This document shows positions 9,688 to 19,112 of a stretch of DNA of 64,000 nucleotides, in pieces. The stretch's first letter is position 1. The number at the start of each line of letters is the position of its first letter. The notes under the pieces are model-generated. The model saw only the letters and a list, made by a program, of their open reading frames with translations. It had not been told where the DNA came from and made no database searches. Origin of the DNA: Alphaproteobacteria bacterium (GTDB taxonomy: Bacteria > Pseudomonadota > Alphaproteobacteria > JAAXGF01); NCBI GenBank assembly GCA_963555825.3, contig CAUVXB020000001.1:864001-928000 (forward strand), given 5' to 3'. The position numbers and the translations under genes are program-made.

Positions 9688-10566
9688 ATGAACCTAGACC
9701 ATGTCACCGTGTTCGGCGGGAGCGGCTTTCTCGGCCGGCGCCTGGTCGAAGCGCTGGTGCGGGCCGGCGCGACGGTCCGCGTCGCAGGACGCAACCCGAC
9801 TTCTTCCAACGACGTGGAGGCGGTCCGAGCCGACGTCTGCGACGCCGCGTCGGTGGCAAGCGCGGTCGCGGCGGCGGACGCGGTCGTCAATGCCGTCGGC
9901 TACTACGTCGAGAGTGGTGGCGTGACCTTCGACGCGGTCCACGGCGTGGGCGCCGGTACCATCGCGCGCTGCGCCGCCGAGGCCGGCGCCGGACGCCTCG
10001 TGCACCTCTCGGGCATCGGCGCCGACGCGACCTCGCGGTCGGCCTACGTGCGCTCGCGCGCGGCCGGCGAGACGCGGGTCCGCGAGGCCTTTCCCGATGC
10101 GACGATCCTGCGGCCCAGCGTCATTTTCGGGCCCGGCGACGCGATGGTCACCGCGCTCGCCGCGGTCCTCCGGCGCCTGCCCGTGGTGCCGCTGTTCGGC
10201 CGTGGCGAGACGCGGCTGCAACCGGTCTTCGTCGGCGACGTCGCCGACGCGGCGGCGCGCGCGCTCGCGATGGCCTATACGGCGGGCAAGACGTATGAAC
10301 TGGGCGGCCCGGATGTCTACAGCTATCGCGCCCTGCTCGAGCTTCTGTGCACATCGCTCGGCATCCGCCGCCGGCTGATGCCGATGCCCTTCGCCCTGTG
10401 GGAAATTCAGGCGGCGGTCGCCTCGCTGCTGCCGCGGCCGCCGCTGACGCGCGATCAGGTGACGCTGATGCGCCATGACAACGTGGTCGCCGAAAACGCG
10501 CTCGGCCTTGACGATCTCGGCATCACGCCGACGGCGCTCGAGGCGGTGCTGGGGACCTATCTCTAG
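9688..10566 (+). CDS. NAD(P)-binding epimerase/SDR, complex I NDUFA9-like
   Basis: VTVFGGSGFLG, ATILRPSVIFGPGD, LQPVFVGDVA. Confidence 0.88.
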   Translation: MNLDHVTVFGGSGFLGRRLVEALVRAGATVRVAGRNPTSSNDVEAVRADVCDAASVASAVAAADAVVNAVGYYVESGGVTFDAVHGVGAGTIARCAAEAGAGRLVHLSGIGADATSRSAYVRSRAAGETRVREAFPDATILRPSVIFGPGDAMVTALAAVLRRLPVVPLFGRGETRLQPVFVGDVADAAARALAMAYTAGKTYELGGPDVYSYRALLELLCTSLGIRRRLMPMPFALWEIQAAVASLLPRPPLTRDQVTLMRHDNVVAENALGLDDLGITPTALEAVLGTYL

Positions 10567-10643
10567 GCCGCCTTATCGAAACGAAGCGGCTTTTGACTTG
10601 GATCAACGCGCGGCGCTCGAGCGCAGGTCACCAAAGGTGACCA
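10563..10643 (+). repeat. Structured intergenic repeat, copy B (partial, 3' half)
   Basis: GCGCGGCGCTCGAGCGCAGGTCACCAAAGGTGACC; begins at the CTAG stop of the upstream gene. Confidence 0.65.
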
Positions 10644-10656
10644 CAGAAAAAAACGC

Positions 10657-11331
10657 TCACCCGGCCAGGTGGCCGGCCTTGACGTAAAAGGTGCAGCCGG
10701 GGCCCGAGTAGACCTCGTGGCGGCTGCCGACCGGGTAGCGCACCCAGCTTCCGGGCCCGTAAGCACCGTGTTCGTCCTCGATGGCGCCGTCTATGACGAA
10801 CAGCTCCTCGCCGCCCGGGTGGTCGTGGTCGGGGAAGGTCGTGTCCGGCGCGAAGCGCACCAGCCGCATCGCCTCCGGATAGCCCGCCTCCTCGTAGAGC
10901 GGCATCGCCGTGACGCCCGGCACCGGCCGCGCCTGCCATTCGGCGCTCGTGGTGTCGACGGTGATCTGTCGGCGCGCCGTGCCCGGGTACTGACGCAGCT
11001 TGACGAACAGCGCGCAGCCCTGGCGCGAGAACGGCGCATGGCTGAAGCCCTCGGGGTTCAACAGGTACGAGCCGGCCGGATAGTCGCCGTGTTCGTCCGA
11101 GAAGACGCCGTCGAGCACCAGGATCTCCTCGCCGTCGGGGTGTGGATGCTCGGGAAAGGCGCTGTCGGCGTCATAGCGCACCACCGCGGTGACGCGGCTT
11201 GCTTCCGCCGCGCCCGCGAGGTCGAGCCGTTTGCGCCAGACACTCGAGCTCGGGCTCGCCTGCCAGTCGACCTCGGCGGTATGCACGATCGCGAGCTTCG
11301 AGAAATCGGCGTTGATGGTGGTCTCGGTCAC
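10657..11331 (-). CDS. ChrR-like double cupin protein
   Basis: GTG start after AGGAG; two HxHPxGEE cupin motifs, DEHGDYPAGSY. Confidence 0.85.
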   Translation of the reverse strand: MTETTINADFSKLAIVHTAEVDWQASPSSSVWRKRLDLAGAAEASRVTAVVRYDADSAFPEHPHPDGEEILVLDGVFSDEHGDYPAGSYLLNPEGFSHAPFSRQGCALFVKLRQYPGTARRQITVDTTSAEWQARPVPGVTAMPLYEEAGYPEAMRLVRFAPDTTFPDHDHPGGEELFVIDGAIEDEHGAYGPGSWVRYPVGSRHEVYSGPGCTFYVKAGHLAG

Positions 11332-11408
11332 GTTTGAACTCCTTCGCTGCTGACGATCCAAAATAGTGCCCCGACGCCGCCGGGACCACCTCGGAGTCGA
11401 GCAATTGA

Positions 11409-12131
11409 CTAAGCGTCCAATATCAGCCCCGGCAATTCCGCGATCGAGGCGATCCGCGCGCAATCGACGTCGGGCCAATCGCCGTAAGGGTCGATCAGCA
11501 TGGCGTGCAGGCCCGCGCCGCGGGCGCCGATGACATCGACGTCGTAGATGTCGCCGACGTGCAGTACCTCGCCGGGCGACGCACCGACGAGGGACAAGGC
11601 GTGATCGAAGATGCCCCGGTCGGGCTTCTCGATGCCGATGACATGCGAATCCACGACGCCCGCCACGAAGCCGCTCAAGCCCTGACGGTGGACGATGCCC
11701 GCGGCGCAGCCGTCCGAGTTGCTGACCACGACGACCGGCAGGCCCGAGCGGCGAAACGTCTCGAGCGTCTCCCTGACACCGGGCAGCAGGGTCGACCACA
11801 GGCGGTGCGATTGGCCCGGCAGGTGCAACACCGTCGCCAAATCCGCGGCGAGGCCATCGCGTTCCCGATTGGACATTGTCGCCACCGACACGACGCCCCC
11901 GAGCACGGTCGTCAGGTAGCGTCGGAAGGCATCGGCGCCCTCGGCCCTGCCCGCTTGCCGAACGGCCTCGGAGACGCGCGGCCGCGCCGCCGCCTCGGCG
12001 CGTTCGAGTTCGCTCTCGGTTGCAGCCACCCCACGCCGCTCCAGCTCATCGCACAGCCAGGCGAAATCGACCGACACCAGGGTGTTGCCGAGATCGAGGA
12101 ACAGCGCGGAAAGTCGGTCGAAGGGGATCAT
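11409..12131 (-). CDS. HAD-superfamily hydrolase
   Basis: DLGNTL, VSNSDG, EKPD, HVGDIYDVDVIGA. Confidence 0.88.
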   Translation of the reverse strand: MIPFDRLSALFLDLGNTLVSVDFAWLCDELERRGVAATESELERAEAAARPRVSEAVRQAGRAEGADAFRRYLTTVLGGVVSVATMSNRERDGLAADLATVLHLPGQSHRLWSTLLPGVRETLETFRRSGLPVVVVSNSDGCAAGIVHRQGLSGFVAGVVDSHVIGIEKPDRGIFDHALSLVGASPGEVLHVGDIYDVDVIGARGAGLHAMLIDPYGDWPDVDCARIASIAELPGLILDA

Positions 12132-12152
12132 CGGCTTGGTACTCTACCGTGG

Positions 12153-13235
12153 TTACAGCCCGGCCATGCGCAGGCGGAAGGGTTTTTGCAGCGCGTCCAA
12201 GCCCAGACCGTAGCGCACCATGGCGTTGCGCGCGACGATCGCGAGCGGATTTCGGAGCGCCGCCAGGCGGAACTGCCAGTCGCTCTCGCGCACGACCCGG
12301 GCGCCGGCGGTACGGCGCGCGTCGCTATAGCCTTCGAGGCCGCCCGCCATGATCCGCGCGGCGAGCTCGGCGGCGTCCTCGATGCCGAGGTTCATGCCGC
12401 GGCCGCCGGCCGGCGAGTGGATGTGCGCGGCGTCGCCGGCCAAGAAGCAACGCCCCGCGCCGTAGCTCGCGACCTGGCGCAGGCTGACAGTGAAGTCGGT
12501 GTGCCACAGCACCTTGCGCACGACGCTCGGCGCCGGCAGCAGCGCCAGCGCATTGGCCTTGTTGGCGACCGCGCGGTAGCGGCCGCGGCCCATGGCGATG
12601 ACGAACAGGACGGCGCCGTCGTCGTGCATGAAGAGATTGCCCTCGCCCTCGCCGAACGGCCATTCGAGCAAAATATCGGCGAGGTTCCAGCCCGCCGGGT
12701 AGCGCTCGCCGGCGAAACCGATGCCGAGTGCGGCGCGCACCGTCGAATGCGCGCCATCAGCGCCGACGACGGCATCGCAGCGGGCCTCGGTGGTCCGGCC
12801 GCCGTGGACCAGCCGGATGTCGACGCCGCCGGCGTCCTGGGCGAGACCGGTAAGTTCGGTCTGGCGCTCGACATCGACGCCGTGGTCGGCAAGCGCGGTC
12901 TCGAGGATCGCCTCGGTCTCGTCTTGCGGCAGGGACAAGAGGTAATTGTAGCGGCAGTCCATGCGCTCGAAGTCGATCGTCGTCAGGAGCCGCGTGTAAT
13001 GGCGCAGGTTGATGCGGTAGACCGGCAGCCCCGCCTCGATGAGCCGCGTCGTGACGCCCGAGTGGCGCAGCAGCTCGAGCGAGCGCGCGTTGATGCCGAC
13101 CGCCTTCGAGAGCGTGTTGCGCTCGGCCAGCTTGTCGACGATGCGCACTGCGGCGCCGCGCCGGGCGAGTTCGAGCGCCGCCGTCAGCCCGACCGGGCCG
13201 GCGCCCACCACCAGGACATCGGGTGCCATCGCCAT
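12153..13235 (-). CDS. FAD-dependent monooxygenase
   Basis: VGAGPVG, VGADGAHSTVR, LAGDAAHIHSPAGGRGMNLGIEDA. Confidence 0.9.
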   Translation of the reverse strand: MAMAPDVLVVGAGPVGLTAALELARRGAAVRIVDKLAERNTLSKAVGINARSLELLRHSGVTTRLIEAGLPVYRINLRHYTRLLTTIDFERMDCRYNYLLSLPQDETEAILETALADHGVDVERQTELTGLAQDAGGVDIRLVHGGRTTEARCDAVVGADGAHSTVRAALGIGFAGERYPAGWNLADILLEWPFGEGEGNLFMHDDGAVLFVIAMGRGRYRAVANKANALALLPAPSVVRKVLWHTDFTVSLRQVASYGAGRCFLAGDAAHIHSPAGGRGMNLGIEDAAELAARIMAGGLEGYSDARRTAGARVVRESDWQFRLAALRNPLAIVARNAMVRYGLGLDALQKPFRLRMAGL

Positions 13236-13323
13236 CGTCCTTCCTCGTGCTCCGCCTTGCCCCAGAGCGCTCCGGTCAATACCTTAACAGGCCTCTTAGG
13301 CAAGCGTGATAGCGAGGGGCGCC

Positions 13324-14802
13324 ATGTCGGAATTCGATCTGGTCATCAAGGGCGGCACCGTGGCGACGGCCGCCGACACCATCCGCTGCGACATCGGCGT
13401 GCGCGACGGCCGGGTCGTCGAGCTGGCCGCCGAGATATCCGGCGGCGCCGAGACGATCGACGCGACCGGCAAGCTGGTGCTGCCCGGCGGCGTCGACAGC
13501 CATTGCCACATCGCCCAGTCGGGCTCGCTCGGCGTCGAGACCGCCGACGACTTCCGCTCGGGCTCGATCTCGGCGGCCTGCGGCGGGACGACGACGATCA
13601 TCCCGTTCGCCGCCCAGTACAAGGGTCAGTCGCTGCGCGAGGTCGTCGCGGCCTATCACAAACGCGCCGAGGGCGACGCGGTGATCGACTACGCCTTCCA
13701 CCTGATCATCTCGGACCCGACCGACCAGGTCATCGGCCAGGAACTGCCGGCCTTGATCAAGGACGGCTACACCTCGTTCAAGGTCTACATGACCTATGAT
13801 TCGCTCAAGCTCGACGACCGCCAGATGCTCGAGGTGTTGGCCACCGCGCGGCGCGAGGGCGCCATGGTGATGATCCACGCCGAGAACCACGACGTCATCG
13901 CCTGGCTGACCGAGCGCCTGCTGGCAACCGGCCATGGGGCGCCCAAGTACCACGCCGTCGCGCATGCAGCACCTGCCGAGCGCGAGGCGACCCACCGCGC
14001 CGTGACGCTGGCCGAGATCGTCGACGTGCCGGTGCTCATCGTGCATGTCTCGGCGCGTGCCGCGATCGACCAGATCCGCGAGGCCCAAACGCGCGGCCTC
14101 AAGGTCTATGGCGAGACCTGCCCGCAGTACCTGTTCCTGACCGCCGACGATTTGGACCAGCCGGGCTTCGAGGGCGCCAAATACGTCTGCAGCCCGCCGC
14201 CGCGCGATGAGGCCAACCAGGAGTTCGTCTGGAACGGAATTACGAGCGGCGTCCTGAGCGTCTTTTCGTCGGACCACGCCGCCTACCGCTACGACTCGGT
14301 CGATGGCAAGAAGGTCAAGGGCGAGGACGGCCACTTCAAGACCATCCCCAACGGCGTGCCGGGCATCGAGCTGCGCATGCCCCTGCTGTTCTCGGAAGGC
14401 GTCGGCAAGGGGCGCATCACGCTGGAGGAGTTCGTCGCCATCACCGCGACCAACCCGGCGCGCATATACGGCCTCTATCCGCGCAAGGGCACGATTGCGG
14501 TCGGCGCCGACGCCGACATCGTCATCTGGGACGCCGAGCGCGAGGTCACCATTACGCACGGCCTGCTGCACGACGCGATGGACTACACGCCCTACGAGGG
14601 CCGGCGCATCAAGGGCTGGCCGGTGCTGACGCTGTCGCGCGGCGAGGTCGTGTGGGACGGCAAGGCGCCGCGCGGCACGCCCGGCCGCGGCGCCTTCCTG
14701 CCCTGCGATCTGCCCGAGCCGGCCAAGCCCTTGGGCCGCTTCGTCGCCGGCTTCGACGCGGTCGGCGGCCGGTTCGTCGAGAACGGGGACGAGGCGCCAT
14801 GA
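13324..14802 (+). CDS. hydA: Dihydropyrimidinase / D-hydantoinase
   Basis: PGGVDSHCH, SFKVYMTY, HAEN, GETCPQY, CSPPPR, SDH, PNGVPGIE. Confidence 0.88.
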   Translation: MSEFDLVIKGGTVATAADTIRCDIGVRDGRVVELAAEISGGAETIDATGKLVLPGGVDSHCHIAQSGSLGVETADDFRSGSISAACGGTTTIIPFAAQYKGQSLREVVAAYHKRAEGDAVIDYAFHLIISDPTDQVIGQELPALIKDGYTSFKVYMTYDSLKLDDRQMLEVLATARREGAMVMIHAENHDVIAWLTERLLATGHGAPKYHAVAHAAPAEREATHRAVTLAEIVDVPVLIVHVSARAAIDQIREAQTRGLKVYGETCPQYLFLTADDLDQPGFEGAKYVCSPPPRDEANQEFVWNGITSGVLSVFSSDHAAYRYDSVDGKKVKGEDGHFKTIPNGVPGIELRMPLLFSEGVGKGRITLEEFVAITATNPARIYGLYPRKGTIAVGADADIVIWDAEREVTITHGLLHDAMDYTPYEGRRIKGWPVLTLSRGEVVWDGKAPRGTPGRGAFLPCDLPEPAKPLGRFVAGFDAVGGRFVENGDEAP

Positions 14803-16226
14803 CGACGACCTGCATCCGATCCGCCGCCTGGGCCGCCTGCTGGGACGGCGCGCGCCACGTCTACAAGCGCGACGTCGACGTCGCCTTCACCGACGATGCG
14901 ATCGTCCATGTCGGGCCGGGTTTCGCCGGCGACGTCGAGATCGAGGTCGACGGCCGCGCGCGGTTCGTCATGCCCGGGCTGATCGACATCCATTCGCACC
15001 CGATGACCGAGCCGGCCCAGAAGGGCGTGCGCGAGGAGCACGGCGTCGCGGCGATGTACGGCTCGAGCCTCTATGAGCGCTCGGTCGCGTTTCATCTCGA
15101 CGAGGAGGGTCGCCGCGCGGGCATCGAGGTCGCCTATGCCGAGCTGTTGGCCTCGGGCGTCACGACGCTCGCCGACCTGTCGTCGCCGTTCGACGGCTGG
15201 CTCGACTTCCACGCGCGTAGCGGCATGCGCGTCTACGCGGCGCCCAACTACGCGACCGCGCTGTGGCGCCTGGAGAACGACCAGGAGATTCTGTTCGACT
15301 GGAACGAGCAGCGCGGCCGCCAGCAGTTCGAGGCGGCGCTCGCGCTGATCGCCGAAGCCGAAAACCACCCCTGCGGCCGCCTGCGCGGCATCGTCTATCC
15401 GGCGCAGATCGAGACCTGCTCGGAAGGCCTGCTGCGCGATTCGATCGCCGCGGCGCGCGACGCCGGCCGGCCCTTCACCACCCACATCGCCCAGTCGGTG
15501 CCCGAGTTCCTGCTGATCACGCGCAAGCACGGCATGACGCCGATCGAATACGCCGCGGAACTCGGCCTGCTCGGCCCCGGGACGATCCTCGGCCACGCCA
15601 TCTTCATCGACGAACACTCGTGGCTCCACTGGTCGACGCGCCGCGACTTAGGCCTGATCGCCGACTCGGGCTCGGCGGTGGCGCATTGTCCGACACCCTT
15701 CTCGCGCTACGGCCAGACCCTGGAGGACCTCGGGCGCTACATCCGCGCGGGCGTCACCATGGGCATCGGCACCGACTGCTCGCCGCACAACATGCTGGAG
15801 GAGATGCGCTCGGCCGCGATCCTCGCGCGCGTCACGGCGGGCGACCTCGAGACGGTCTCGACGGCCGACGTCTTCCACGCCGCAACGGTCGGCGGCGCGA
15901 CGGCCTTGGGCCGCGACGACCTCGGCCGCCTGGCGCCGGGCGCCAAGGCCGATATCGTCGTGGTCGATCTCGCCGACGTCACCATGCAGCCCGCGCGCGA
16001 CCCGCTGCGCAGCCTGATCTACACGGCGGCCGAACGCGCCGTCCGCGACGTCTACATCGACGGCCGCCAGGTGGTCGCCGATGGCACGGTCCTCACCCTC
16101 GACCGCGCCGACGCCGCGGGCCGCCTCGCCGAAGCCCAAGCCCGCATGCTCTCGGCAACGCCCCAGCACGACTGGAAAGGGCGCGGGGCCGAGGAAGTCT
16201 CGCCGTTGAGCTTACCGGTGGGGTGA
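14799..16226 (+). CDS. Amidohydrolase, TRZ/ATZ-deaminase-like
   Basis: ATGA overlap with hydA; PGLIDIHSH, HCPT, GIGTD, LAPGAKADIV. Confidence 0.85.
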   Translation: MTTTCIRSAAWAACWDGARHVYKRDVDVAFTDDAIVHVGPGFAGDVEIEVDGRARFVMPGLIDIHSHPMTEPAQKGVREEHGVAAMYGSSLYERSVAFHLDEEGRRAGIEVAYAELLASGVTTLADLSSPFDGWLDFHARSGMRVYAAPNYATALWRLENDQEILFDWNEQRGRQQFEAALALIAEAENHPCGRLRGIVYPAQIETCSEGLLRDSIAAARDAGRPFTTHIAQSVPEFLLITRKHGMTPIEYAAELGLLGPGTILGHAIFIDEHSWLHWSTRRDLGLIADSGSAVAHCPTPFSRYGQTLEDLGRYIRAGVTMGIGTDCSPHNMLEEMRSAAILARVTAGDLETVSTADVFHAATVGGATALGRDDLGRLAPGAKADIVVVDLADVTMQPARDPLRSLIYTAAERAVRDVYIDGRQVVADGTVLTLDRADAAGRLAEAQARMLSATPQHDWKGRGAEEVSPLSLPVG

Positions 16227-16300
16227 GCCCTTAGGGATCAACAACCGCAGCCAGGGCCAAAGATCGGTTGTTTGCCGCTGCGCGATGGACGCAGCTTGGT

Positions 16301-19094
16301 TTACTTCGGTGTTCCGCCCTCGCCAACCACGACGAACGGTGCCCAGAACATGGGGTGGGCGAAATGATCTTTCCCCTCGGTCGCCATCATCGCCAGCATG
16401 GAACGGCGCAGCGCCTCTGCGCGACCGACGCCCGGCGCCTTCGCCATCTCGTCGAGCATCCCGGTGGTGATGGCGACAGCCGCCTCGGAGTTCACGGACC
16501 AGTGCGAGACCAACAGTGCCCGTGCCCCGGCGTAGAAGAACGCCTTGGCGAGGCCCGACAACCCCTCGGCCCCCGGCGTGCCGTCGGCGGCGGCGGTGTT
16601 GCAGGCCGACAGGATCACCCAGTCGGCGTCGAGGTCGAGGGTGGCGATCTCGCTCGCCGTCAGCAGGCCGTCATCGGCCTCCGAACCCTCGTCGGGCGGC
16701 GTCAGCACCAGGGCTGGCTCGGCAACGCCCTTGAGATCACCGGCGACGAGGCCGTGGGTGGCGAAGGCGAGAATACGGTAGCTGGAGAGGTCCATGGAGC
16801 GCGCCTGCGTCTCGGTGGCGCGCTCCTGCAAGTAGACTGCCGTGTCATCGGCGCCCTGGGCCAACGCCAGCGACTTGATCTCGCCCGCCGTGTCGGGCAG
16901 CCGGGCCAGGTCCCGCACCGCACCGACATCGGCCACGACGCCGCGTGTAAACAGCGCAGCGACATCGATGCCCCGGCCCTTTCCAGGATCGCCCTTGAGC
17001 TTGGGGTCGCCGAAGCCGATGAATGGACGCGACGCCAGCGTGGCCTTGGCGAAGCGGCGCAGGGCGCGCAGCGACGAGACCGAAGGCAACACGGTCATGG
17101 CGTATTTCTTCGCCAGCCATTCGACATCGCGATAGGCCGAGAACTTCCGCACCCGGCCCTTGGGCTGCTCGGTAATCAGTACGCCAAGTGGCAGGCTCTG
17201 GAGCGCCCCATCGGGCACCACGAAGACGTGGCGCGCGCCTTCGAGCATCGGCGCGGCTGGAGCGAAGATTTGCTGGTAGAGCGCCACCGCCTCATCGACA
17301 TCGAAGGGCCGGACGTCGCCCAGGCTGCCGACGCCGAACTGATCGAGGCCAGCGCGCACGGACGTGACCGCATCCTCGATCTCCTGTCTGCCGACGTCGA
17401 GGTGGTGGAACGCCGCGTCGTCATGGCGGATCACCCAGAGGTAGGTTCTGTCGTCCCACACGACGTAGGTCATCAGGGCCTCGACGGGGCCGAGAAGGTC
17501 CTGGGTCTCGGAGAGGGAGAGCGGCCTTGGGCTGGCGAGTTCGGCGAACTCGGGAAAGTCCTGGGCGAGCCGCTCGCCGAGCCCACCGATACTCACGTCG
17601 AGCGCCGCAAGATCGTCGCGAAGCTTCGCCTCCGCCTCGCCGTCTCGCTTCTCGGGCGGCTCGCTGACCGCTTGCACCAGCCGGGCGTCGAGGCGTTGCC
17701 ACTGCTCGACGGCGTCCTGGTAGGCCCGCACGGTCCCCGCAAGCGCGTCATCGCCGGTCGCGAAGCGCGCGCCCATACGGGCGACCGCGCCAGCCGCGCT
17801 GGAGGCCTGGGCGAGTTGCCCAACATCGAAGGCTTCCGCAAACAATTCGGTGCGCCGCTCGGGTTCCTTTTCGATGATGGTCTCGACGATGTTGACGTGG
17901 TTCAAAAAGATGACGCGTATGCTTGTCTGCTCCTTGTGCGCCCCAGACGAGCCTGTCGCGCCCGCCCGTCCGGCACGAACCCGGTAGATGGTCGTCGCTC
18001 GGCGAAATTGATCCATAGCCGCCTCGTAGCGGCCTTGGGCGCGGTACAGCTCGGCAAGATTGTTGATGCTCAGGGCGACATCGGGATGATCCGGCCCGAG
18101 CGCCTTCTCCCGGATCGCCAGCGCCCGCTCGTAGAGCGGTTCAGCCTCATCGTATCGGCCCTGATCGTCGTACAGCGCGGCGAGGTTATTGAGGCCGTCG
18201 GCCACATCGGGATGATCCGGCCCGAGAGCCTTTTCCCAGATGGTCAGCGCCCGCTTGTTGAGCGGTTCCGCCGCCTCGTAGCGGCCCTGCACGCGGTACA
18301 GCGCGGCAAGGTTGTGGAGGCTCAGGGCGACATTGGGATGTTCCGGCCGGAGAGCCTTCTCCTGGATGGTCAGCGCCCGATTGTTGAGCGGCTCCATCTC
18401 CTCGTATCGGCCCTGGTCGTAGTACAGCACGGCGAGGTTATTGAGGCCGTTGGCCACATCGGGATGGTCCGGTCCGAGAGCCTTCTCCTTGATTGCAAGT
18501 GCCCGCTTGTAGAGCAGCTCCGCCGCCTCGTAGCGGCCCTGGGCGCGGTACAGCGCGGCGAGGTTGTTGAGGCTCAGGGCGACATCGGGATGGTCCGGCC
18601 CGAGAGCCTTCTCCTTGATTGCAAGTGCCCGCTTGTGGAGCGGCTCCGCCGCCTCGTAGCGGCCTTGGGCGCGGTATAGCTCGGCGAAGTTGCTGAGGCT
18701 CAGGGCAATATCGGGATGTTCCGGCCCGAAAACCTTCTCATCGATGGCCAATGCCCGCTTGTAGAGCGGTTCAGCCGCCTCGTATCGGCCCCGCTGGTGG
18801 TACAGCCCGGCGAGGTTGTTGAGGCTCGTGGCGACATCGGGATGGTCTGGCCCTAGAGCCTTCTCCCAGATGGCCAGCGCCCGCCTGTGGAGTGGCTCCG
18901 CCGCCTCGTAGCGGCCCTGATTGTGGTAAAGCTCGGCGAGGTTGTTGAGGCTTAGGGCGACATCGGGATGGTCCGGCCCGAATACCTTCTCCCGGATCGC
19001 CAGCGCCCGCCTGTAGAGCGGCTCCACCGCCTCGTAGCGGCCCTGGTCGTTGTACAGCGCAGCGAGGTTGTTGAGGCTCGTGGCGACATCGGGA
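16301..19094 (-). pseudogene. TPR-repeat + CHAT (caspase-like) protein, 5' end cut at the IS256 boundary
   Basis: About 8 tandem 42-aa repeats (GPDHPDVAxSLNNLA.LY..QGRY), CHAT FATHG...LSACNT; frame reads mid-repeat into the IS end at 19095. Confidence 0.85.
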
Positions 19095-19112
19095 GAGCTA
19101 TAACCGAATCTT

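Noticed and set aside
10594-10607. FNR/FixK-like box TTGACTTGGATCAA
   Set aside because: Lies between convergent 3' ends inside repeat copy B, so no promoter context.
11505-13799. Long antisense ORFs (764 aa here; also 16268..18679, 39469..41757, 35688..37160)
   Set aside because: Shadow frames of well-supported genes in high-GC DNA. Only the last ~35 codons of 35688..37160 are real (the HNH C-terminus).
16229-16242. CCCTTAGGGATCAA resembling the variable module
   Set aside because: Too short, and none of the flanking conserved hairpins are present.
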